Shown piece by piece: positions 52,801-60,700 of a stretch of 64,000 bases of DNA. Source of the DNA: a virus. Position 1 is the stretch's first letter. Every line of letters begins with the position of its first letter. The stretch covers positions 20,462-84,461 of IMG/VR virus record IMGVR_UViG_3300034284_001491, one strand, 5' to 3'. The notes beneath the pieces were generated by a model, which searched no databases, was not told where the DNA came from, and saw only the letters and a program-made list of their open reading frames with translations. A program made the position numbers and the translations under genes.

Positions 52801-54714
52801 TTTAGTAACAAGATTATTATGCTGGCAAGAAATGGTAAATTTGCGGGGACTTCTTTAAATGATGAAACAAAAAGGTCTATTAAAAGAGCATTTGACCGAG
52901 GAGTTGAATTTGTAGTAGGAGATATGCCAGGAGTAGATAGTCAGTTTATAGATTATCTACAAGAGATAGGTGCTAAATTTACTATTTATCATACAGGTGA
53001 TACATCAAGAATTCAAGTTAAACAACCTACTACTCAACCTGCTAAACAAAAAAAAGGTAAAGGGGAACCTAAGTTTATTGCTACTGGTGTATTTATAAAA
53101 GATGATAAAATATATTTAGATATAAACACTCTAAATAATATCTACAATCAGCTTGATAATAATTTAGATACTGTTAGAGATGTAAATGGAGTGGGAATTA
53201 AGTACCCTCCTAAGAAAGCATTTAGATCATTTACAGAATTTGTAAACTATTCTTTAGAAAAAGAATATCTACGTAATATACTTAGTAATGAAGATGTTAA
53301 AACAATAGCTCTTAGACTAAACAGCCTTAAAGTAGATGTTAGTTCTAAACTAAATAACTCACCAATTAAAGTGGTGAATGAATTTAATTTATCAGATAAT
53401 AAGAAACTTTTTGAGATATATAGAATGGGTGGTATTGTTGTGGATAGTTCTTTTGGTTTAAAAGATCTTGTAGATGCAACAAGTGGAGAAATTGTATTGA
53501 AAAATTTTACAATACAAAAAAATATGAAAGTAACTCAATATGAGATTGATGAATCTAAATTAATATCTGATGCCATTGAAACATATCTAATGGATAAAGC
53601 TCTAAAGACTATTAATAACGTATATTCTTACACTCAACATATTGGACTTGATTATCCCACTCAATTATCAGAATTGATAAGAACAGTTCCTAGTCTAAGA
53701 TCTCAGTACTTACTTCCAAATTTATTTACTACTCGTAAGATTAAAAATTCTAGATCAAAACAATTAGTGTTGAATCAAGCAGATCTTGATCCGGGAATGA
53801 TTTCAATTTTACATGAACAGTATTTACAACTTTCAGATCCTGGTGTGATGAAAGTAGAAGATCCTGCCCTTAATCAATATATAAGTGATGTATTTAAACA
53901 ACTAAGTACTTATGCATTACTTACTGAGGGATTCTCTAAACAAGGAGCATTTAGTTTATCTGAAGTTGTTGGACAAAAAGATCTATTAGAGATTGGTACA
54001 TTTAATAATATTAATGAATATGTAAATGGATCATTGTCTAAAACATTAGATTCTAATGGTAAAGCTAAGTATGAAAATTTCTTAAATAGTTTTGCATACA
54101 AATTCTTCAGAAATAGATTAGGATTATCACTTAATGAAAGAAATGAATGGAGTTTTAATAGATCTTATCTAAACACTAATAAAGATTATTTGATAGAAGA
54201 TTATCAAGTTAAACCATTAGTACCTGAGAATATTGAGAATTTTAAGTATTTATCAAAATTCAGTGATAATTATTATATTGTTAATGTAAATAGTGTCATA
54301 AATGATTCTAAAACATCATCAGATAAAAAGTTTAAATCCAGTACTTTAACTGAATATGCAAATATGTTTTCTGATGTAACATTTATATATGATACTGACA
54401 CAATGAAAAATCTAGGATTAAAAGCTTTAACTGCAGATAATATTAAAGTTGTTAATTCTCCAGAAGCACTAATGAAACTTAATATTTCCGGACCAATTGC
54501 ATTACCATCAAATGGATTGAATCCAGCTTTTAATGAAGCAATTGCAAATAAGTTTGGAATATTAAATCTAGGACAAAGAGATATTAGTAAGAACGCAACT
54601 CTTACAGATATTATAAACTCTGATTCTTTGTTAGTAACTTCAGATATAGTAAATTTAATCCGTGCTAAAGCAATAAGTGTTTTAGATGAACTAAAAAATT
54701 CTTGTAATCTATAA
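43864..54714 (+). CDS. Giant virion-packaged RNA polymerase (crAss/phi14:2 gp66-like double-psi-barrel) with zincin and accessory domains
   Basis: GDAQGW, PKKFQFYG, KFSLLPL, RIPVQGHNS and catalytic AGSDYDIDK (DYDID at 50035-50049); HESWH zincin at 45739-45753. Confidence 0.9.
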   Translation: MACLTQTQTDNIFRHVGSYFKSLKDPKDYNHLDHFKYLYNLGVNKGVKPETSLNYVQVLPNLVNKYLTITNTRISKEEAIKLTNLAYDFEEFSLEQIAEYIGQIKQPDVVSTEEEPVIKEEEIEANESLPLYTALTSLVLSTTLNEKLDINELEKDLDKVWHHEFNRELLSRTVSATEGAFNTTLNGHRGFRLKAVKMSSIPFDELYNSIKGDRSEEEVKAILDKNNAIALVVTDNDGNLLRFDQTYTKNPNGKLVYFNMRDTKYDLLDSTDARGRIQSIADIAKNYNISAKDAEEQIKKEVEKLRNIQKAVFEDKPVLFEITGGTKGYIPSIVRPTGTKDWYGIAPSTYGDIVDSFGITPIELVTEGEFKGKLMVYLNEGKLPVLLLNRNITDAEALEYASAVHKFLNENNHSSGAVNTAATFLSQYIAFNQPEKVSLEQFLFNKLNTPESIAQMIVKKPDSNFNRFLTYQANQSIYYTIADGSIKQATLNEYQDQWRDKLRTLLVKSQNGKIEQFSSSLSFEPTSESRNIVNGVEEVKEEKKNTAIIFGGVSRNLEDFLKERNITSAATKKQIEEAFEWYKSSPLSKVIPFTTMFDVVNSTAKASFGKQGIKLFFGANYTDLYHESWHGFSQLFLSKSDKVNLYEELRKLSGSFVLPNGVRVNYKDASYRQLEEVLAEDFRLYKLSGGKKVLGQRPIRNKFFRAIFDFLNWLFDGVSFNQARTDFNSIKKVHDLFKKLDIGDIKEYKASDKNSLFTSLASPIGISTDTPLNETESTEVSESMDSIISDLMFQFAEQNGVSIFGDFLGSKKSIKNVYGLIKETLEKKVDELNEDVEANDRAIFILNTALNNFGNIDEIIDKGNLEGDTTIQYHLRRSKVLDFKNKEFDDENKEESSDFVTKKDQADQGELSFEELANEKVLFLIRTLKAYKLENGKYVPEKNNLGFSKLTNYRKTLGNVINIVSNNTGAISIYNKLNEAKNKPEIQELLMKLGKIEPNTDIDSKSTFNSWVLFANSFNTTKLPMLITIIETAEDSKPKIYNVDASSDITSERSRMISRYKTNIYNTKYATMNSDKNEMMLDIKKLSEIFEPVFGVTAKKTEANKQEAAFYLFAAIGLPLNDKLYEQYFDKDKNLNRDIVKNATYVYRELKNFYDRNTSGKLKNNMIPDHIDLLTNGLGADSDFLTQKTVIDNLLYLHIKVADVVSSFSLLNAEGNREYENVLNSQITITQNNINESRTLEELYNKPGFEHFNPANNPMIKASQVFKRLFANGVRQTDFNIRKFSGIQSIEDGYFTNGQSTIETDPVSKFYLEFYSYLTTGFTSNPTPSDKKTYLGFFVTGADGDNRFIKPNAFTDGTALGDKALEDIMFDYLKAEHERVYDLNSNVYPELARLGFFSDYGKEFLVFDNILLPETKERLKALSPKKLLEDANQELVSRAKNEIIEYINKLTDQNYEVFQKIDFIDDEVLKKATKQKGKFNSAAYSKNIVKAFSANTFIQYIESTIMFYGDIAAYDLIKEDFHKRDSASGSTGRTMITDPQFIRAYNKFYGSRYAESQGFNHSFNEDGYINTSIFQDHKYENKALMDEYEKSWRKAYTEEFKKLGFNAKQIKEKVDFLIEKQLAPYKQNEVKEGDAQGWVTLDSYRFFSILLNEWSPAHEDIYNKIVNNESVDQAEVLKVFSPKKFQFYGPLKTSKYHVNVLHKFSLLPLIPNVIQGKNIDILHKRMLRENVQYATFISGSKIATLRNENNELDKFYSDPSTRMMDNSPLTKNVIHLRYLRNQVPINDYYKNRVVFSTQLRALIYNDLFNKGIPLNKNIETLVNKYIQSIEDYVEASKDELKQEINFNSTDGTYDVKKLAKIIKKELDRRDIPDHLQIAATSANEDGFTYDMSLARNANDIEKILFSIANKRIVKRKINGEPLIQVAGSGFESQRATNPTKEQVEEYKGDDLLFYRKDPITGENLPMQVKVALQGKFKNLLGLTHPDGNKINTRERLNQALENKEWRDKHKEMLQLMAVRIPVQGHNSMEYMEVAEFLPEVAGPIVILPSYIVAKAGSDYDIDKLSVFFPNIEKAGKRIFLSKFDSSIKESNEQIKNNIDSVKNEIKLLKDQIQKEFENLKKEKEFNKLDTKEKEIINALYSNYNRIKNEYDVLITRWTSESILAGKGKTFSNDILNLENDIDNKYQELNVAEAQLKLNLKQYYSAFSTEKKQQFWKSKEPQVEALYEQLSDLKVKLINKSASSLENGLIRNLINIISTDEVFEMMKKPNGTYLVQDFANDMTKYFETDYNPKQSFKDWNRSTVSSISPKFKVSPTNIFEIQYNIYKQNANSVGKRALGIGANVNKIKALFNQIDFQFNKEYIHTRYSKKKKKYEEQLREIRILLNHNSNKDGSISLSSLYNTEGIKISDYLNQLMNGWLDVAKDPWIFYVMGTPELTPALLYLVSAGTPFEEAVYFLAQPVVRKYIEDVKKLDSPISKLDETFKDPYEFTIQARMLGLGREANGHTLWERQMSLINLELQRTENQLFTKDYLQSKLDDSLTGSLEYSREDQAILAHFFEINDGAKAIARVQQSFNFDTKTSSTLFETFKRGQKRDILIEDVEFEVNYSKMFPKEKLKSLYEDTILGKFDITDVQTNVFGGLFPIRNNPQLNEYLYNIYSNNIFFGSQFDDKIKKFLGDPEKFVSEFKNDFTTAMLLKMLYDFKIEDNQYKGLEIQTITRDVDIRDLGLLEEPESEFNPNKLFFATKNYTKDTPSQYPKFGFIFTENLEMLGTDKNVSTTQAIIRTDKEGNINRNALAIVTKKEQAANKFFEDTDEDFDLFKTTNAKLIDTIANSNFERIIVPTGGFAMEKAKLPTRFAEWLQNELQNKLGIETDLVDRGSGYSGLSNPKKFDKPTTQPSTESIGFQGYKGGFEDKGKGTPEGDGKDKAMRQVADGAIVEFKTDKVDSSSFTTLNYFDGTYSYEKDRYIGEAFIGDSFKGFSNKIIMLARNGKFAGTSLNDETKRSIKRAFDRGVEFVVGDMPGVDSQFIDYLQEIGAKFTIYHTGDTSRIQVKQPTTQPAKQKKGKGEPKFIATGVFIKDDKIYLDINTLNNIYNQLDNNLDTVRDVNGVGIKYPPKKAFRSFTEFVNYSLEKEYLRNILSNEDVKTIALRLNSLKVDVSSKLNNSPIKVVNEFNLSDNKKLFEIYRMGGIVVDSSFGLKDLVDATSGEIVLKNFTIQKNMKVTQYEIDESKLISDAIETYLMDKALKTINNVYSYTQHIGLDYPTQLSELIRTVPSLRSQYLLPNLFTTRKIKNSRSKQLVLNQADLDPGMISILHEQYLQLSDPGVMKVEDPALNQYISDVFKQLSTYALLTEGFSKQGAFSLSEVVGQKDLLEIGTFNNINEYVNGSLSKTLDSNGKAKYENFLNSFAYKFFRNRLGLSLNERNEWSFNRSYLNTNKDYLIEDYQVKPLVPENIENFKYLSKFSDNYYIVNVNSVINDSKTSSDKKFKSSTLTEYANMFSDVTFIYDTDTMKNLGLKALTADNIKVVNSPEALMKLNISGPIALPSNGLNPAFNEAIANKFGILNLGQRDISKNATLTDIINSDSLLVTSDIVNLIRAKAISVLDELKNSCNL

Positions 54715-54716
54715 TT

Positions 54717-57700
54717 ATGGCTTGTAAAATTCAAAAAGATTTAGATGGTAATATTACTTCAGTACTTGCTCCTAATGGAAATGAGTCACAACTATTTAAT
54801 GCTATAGCTTCATCAAAAAGTATTGATGATGCTTTATTAGATTATGCATCCACATATACTAGTGAATTTACTAATGCTGTTGATAAACATTTTGGTAAAC
54901 TAGATAGTAATGAGATATATGATGTAAATAATGAAGTGAAGTTTGAGATTTATAATAAGATTATGAATCCTGAACTTACCCTACTAAAAGATTCTGGATT
55001 TGGTAATGTACCTAATCCTTTATTAGAAGATTTTATTTTACAAGTAATAGGATATAGAAAAGTATTTCAAGGAACTAATGAAGAAGTAGATAATAGAAAA
55101 TTTAATTATTTTGCTTTAGACCGTCAAGAAGCTCTTATGTATGGTCCAAATGTAAGAGAAACTATTATTAATACAGATGGTTTTTTAAGAGTTAAAGATT
55201 CTCGTAGTCAATTTAGAGATTTAGTGTATAAATTCTATGATGAAACAGGAAAATATTTTGACATTCTTAGGAATGATGAAGAGGGATTAAAAACACAAAA
55301 TGAATTTTTTCAATTCTTAAAAGATAAAGGATATAAAGGACTTGATTATACCGGATATATTGATAATCAATATTTAATAACTTTTACAAATCAAGATCTA
55401 GAAGCTAATACTACAAATAGTGGCGAACTATACACAAACTACCATGATAGAGTATATAGATTTAGAGATGCAAAACCTGCCACTCAAAAAAGTGAAAGAA
55501 ATAAAGAGTTTGATAGTAAACTAAGAACCGGTCTTCTTGAATTTATTAAAGGTTTAAATATAAATATCAATGAAGAAGCTGATGATTTATTAGATACAAT
55601 TAATTCTAATCCGGTTGCTGCATTTGATACACTACAAAAATATCTAGCATTAAGATCTGATATCACTGATAAAGATTTAGCAGTACAAAGTGCTAATATC
55701 ATTTATACAATGATAGGTAAGAAATCAAAGTTAAGTATTGAGTTGTGGCATAATATCCGCAAATGGTCTAAATATGATGAGTTCTACAAATATTATCTAA
55801 AGAAATTAGATCAGAATTATAATACAAATGATAAATATGATTCAGAATATATTCTAGAAACTGGAGAAGAGTATAAAGGAAAAACAAAAAACAACTGGGT
55901 ACATAGACAAGTTATAATTCAGTTTATTGCAGAAGCAATTAAGATTGGTGCAGATAGTAAATATTTTGGAGAAAAAAGAGAAAATGTTGATATAGATAAA
56001 GATTACTTTAAAAAACTTGGATTTCGTAATAAGTATGAAGAAAATGTAATTTTAAAATTAATAAACGAAATTTTAAACTTTATAAGAGAAAAATTTAAAG
56101 GAATAAAAGTAATTGATAAAGATTTATCTCAAGAACAATTATTAAATCTAGCATTAGATATTGTTGATGATGTTTATAAAAAAGATTATAGTAAGTTTAT
56201 AAGATCCTATATAAAAGATGAATCTGGCCAAGTTAGAAGTTTAAAAAATCAAGAACTATTTGAAATAAAGAATTTTGAAAAGACATTAAACTCAGATCCT
56301 TTTGCTAAAGAAATTATTACAAGATTATTTGATAATCCATTTATTGATTATAAAGCTAGTGGTTCTTTAACATTAAGAAAATTTGGTACTTTATTTAGAG
56401 CAGTATCTGAAAATCTACATGATATAGATGGGGTTATCACATATGATCAATTTAAAAAAGAATCAAATGCTCTTGCTTTTAAAACCTGGTTACAAACAGA
56501 AGGACTAGCATTACAAGCTAATTATAAAAAAACTAAGTTCACAAAAACTGCTTCTAAATATTTAGAACAACAAAGTTGGTATATTAATTTAAAAAATCTA
56601 TATCCTTCATGGACACTAGAATCAGTGTTTATAGGAAGAGATCATAAAAGAGCTGAATCAGTGACTATTACAGGATATGTAGAACATCCTACAGACACTG
56701 AAATTGTTGAAGAAACTGGTGAAACTAGACCTAAAAGATATGTCATAGATTTCTTTTTAAGAACTACTGAGGATGAGAGATTTCCAGAACAGTTTGAAGA
56801 TAACTATTGGAAAGCTTGGAAAGGTATTTTTGAAGCTAAATTAAATATGGGTAGAGCAAAAGATATCAATGACTTGATATACTTTGAACCATTTAAACAA
56901 GATAAATTCAAATTTACAAATAAAGGTTTTAGATATTTTTCATTTGCTGATGATCGTGTTGTAAATCAAATAGAATTTAATAGACAAATAGAAGCAGAAA
57001 CATTAGCTGAACAATCTATTGAAGATAAAATAGATACACTATCATTTAATACTATTAGAAAAATAGCAGATAGATTATCTGAATCATTAGGTAATATTCC
57101 ATACTATATTGTAGATAGATCAGAAGCTAAAAAAATTCTTGAAGAAGCTGGTGAGACATATGATAATGAAGGAGCATTCTTCTTTAATGGTGAAGTATAT
57201 ATAGTTAATGATGCATTTACACTTAATAACGTAGTCCATGAATTTAGTCACCCTTTTGTTAAGGCTCTTCAGAAGAACAACCCTGCTCTATTTGATAAAC
57301 TATATAATGAGCTCATCCAAACAGAAGAAGGAAAACAAATTGAAGAAACCGTTAAAGAACTCTACAAAAAGAAAAGAGAAGGTAGTGCAGGATTCAAAGA
57401 AGAAGTCTTTGTAAGAGCTCTCACTAAACGAGCTTCAGATAAATTAATTAAACAAGAATCATCTTCTTTATTTAAGAAAATAATTGATAAGATTCTATTT
57501 AACTTAAAACAAATGCTTAGAAAAGTATTTGGGAAAGTTAAAATTGAGAAATTAAATGTAGATACAACATTAGAGGAGTTAGCTGAAATGTTAACTACAG
57601 ATACATTCAATATTTCAATTAAAGATGTAAGAAATTTAGAAGCAGAATTTAGTAGAGAAACAGCCAGAGAATCTGCAAAATATTTAAAGGATAATAGAAG

Positions 57701-60700
57701 AATTGAATTAAATGAAAGTATTAATGACTTTTTTAAATTAATTAGAAAAAATCAAGCACAAATTGATCAAGGTATAAGAAGTGATAGTTCTTTCTATCAA
57801 GTATTTACAAATACTGAAACAGAAAGACCATTTCAGGATATAATTCGTAATTTGAAACCTTATCAGACAATTGAACCAACAAGTACAAGTGTTACTTCTG
57901 CAATAGATTATAGACAAATGCAAGTACAAGCTTTTGTGGATAATATGTTTAATTATGAGGAAGGATTAGATCAAATTGCTGATGAAATTAATTTAATTAT
58001 ATCTGAAGGTAGAGATAGTCAATTTGCATTAAATAGATATTCTTATTTAAAAGATATTCTAGAAGCAAGTTTAAAATCTTTTGAAGATATCACTGAAGGA
58101 TTTAATAATCAAAATGTACCAGTTAATAGTCCTATATATCAATTAGTTAATGAATTAACTTCAAAAGCCACTAATTCAATTAAGGCAATAAAAAAGCAAT
58201 ATCAAATATTACTACCAGAAATTATTGCTCCACAACTTGAAGGATTAAATAAAACAATAATTGATAGTTATAATGAAACTATTTCAAGATTAGAAAAAGC
58301 TGGAAAGGATCCAGAGAAAATTGCTAGACTTAAAAAAGAAAGAGATTCTTACGTAAGAGACAAAAATTATATTGCAAAAGTATTAGCTGGCGAAGAACCA
58401 GAACCTGCAACATTAGGACTTAGTGCTTTTGTAGAAAGTGCTATATCAAGTCCTGATGGTTTGATATCATCATTTGCTAGAATGTATAAAGAAGCAATGA
58501 TAGATGTTGAATTAACAGCTATTAATAACTACAACGACTTCTTAAAAGAATTAGATCCATTAATTGATGCTGCTGGTATTTCATTTAAAAATATTTCTAG
58601 TCTAGGATCCCTAATAACTAGAGTACAACAAAAAGGTTATATTGATCCCACTACAAATGAATTTACAACAAGAGATATTGTAGAGTTACTATCACCATTT
58701 AAAGATTATCATCAGGTGCTATCTAAGTTTTCATATGATATGAATAAAGCACAACAAGATGGTGAAGAAGAACAATATGTTGAATTAAAAAGACAGAAAG
58801 AAGAATTCATTAGAAACTACATGCATAGTGATTATCTTCCTGTTGTATATACCACTGATGATGTTTTTAATAAAACATTTACAGATAGTAACGGTGTAGT
58901 ACATGAAGTAGGTAAAATTGCTAGACAACGTAGAGATGTTATTCTTGAAAAGATTAGAGCTGCAGATAGTATTGTTATAGATGAGCTAGAAAAACTGGAG
59001 ATTAGTAGTAGATTGAAAAAAGATACTTTATGGTCTGAATATTATGCATTATATAATAAATATATGCCTGATGGTCAACCAAAGGATGAAGTGGAAATGG
59101 CTATTACAGAAGTGTTGCTTGAAAATAGAAAAGCTAGAAAAGAATTCTTTGAATGGGAAAGTGATCTTGAATCTGATAGTATGCCTATTAAAAGATTTGA
59201 AAAAGCAAGAAATGCATTTAAATCTCATATTGCCACTAGATTTGAAATTGATTCTCCTGAATATAAAGAGGCATTAAAGAACTGGGATATTCTCAATACT
59301 AGAAAAGTAATTGATAAATCTTTCTATACACAAAAACAAAGAATCATTCAAGAGATTCGTGAAATCTATGATAAGATTAATAATACTTCCACTTTAAGTG
59401 CTTCTGAAAAAGAAAAGATTGCTAAACAAAATGAGATATTAGAAAATAAATTATTAATGATTGTTGATCAACTCTATGGATATAGAGATGAAGAAAATCA
59501 TCCTAATGGTTTATTAATATCTGCAGAAAAAGCTGCAAAAATTAAAGAAGCTCAAGAAGAAATAAATAAAATACAGGAGTCTTTAAAAGCTGGATCTGGT
59601 TTAACTAGATCAGAAAAATATAGATTAAATATATTAGCTGAAAGATTAGCAAGTGGGGAAGATCTAACTCAAGATGAGCAAGATGAATTAGAATCATTAG
59701 ATTCTAGAAATCTTAATTCAACAGTTCCAAAAGCTATTAGACAACAGTTATCTAGAAAGTTTGAAGAATTAAATGAATTACAGAGTAAATATCCCACTAA
59801 ATATTATTTGATTGCTATTAACTATAGAATTGAACAGTTAAATCAAAAACTTAAAGATGCTGGAAAACCTGAATCTCAATTAGTTAAAACATTAGATATA
59901 TTTAATGTTGATGAACTAACAAGAGATGTTTCTTACATGGAACATGTAATGAAGAAAGATCCGGCATTTAAAAAATGGTTTTTAGCAAATCATATAAAAG
60001 GATTAGAATGGGATACTGAGTCATCAAATTATATTGAAGTATATAAAAGAATACCTATCTGGACAGAAATCACCCCAAATGAACCAGAGTTTTTTAGACA
60101 AATGACTTTATCAGATGGTGAAGTTGTTTTTGGTATGCCCACTCTTAATTATTACAAACAAAACATCAAACCAGAATATGCAACTCCAGAGTTTGATGAA
60201 AATGGTGTAAGGACAAAAGATGTTAAAGGTAGATGGTTACCAAGAGTAATACCTAATTCACCATATATTAATCAAGAATACTTTGATCTTAAAGCAAACA
60301 ACAGACCTGTATTTGATCTACTTGAAAAAATTACAGAGTACTACTTTAAGTTTCAAGAAAAAGCTGAACCAGTAGATAGACTAGGATATGAAATTCCTAG
60401 ATATGAAAGAACAAGAAAAGAGTTGGTAGAAAGTAATGCTTTCATTTCTGGAAAAGTGAGTGGTATAAAAGCAAATCTCACTAATATTCTAAATAAACTT
60501 AAAGAAAACCCTGAAGATTTTGACTCAGGATTATCTACAGAAGATAAATTTAGACTTATCACTCTTGATCAATTTGAAGATGATAAAGGAAAAATACATA
60601 TTAGTGGTAAAGTAATGCTTGAAGAAGACCAGGTTTCTAGAGATGTAATTACATCTATAGTAAGACATATGTTTTCTATTGAGTCAGCAGCTAAAAAAAG

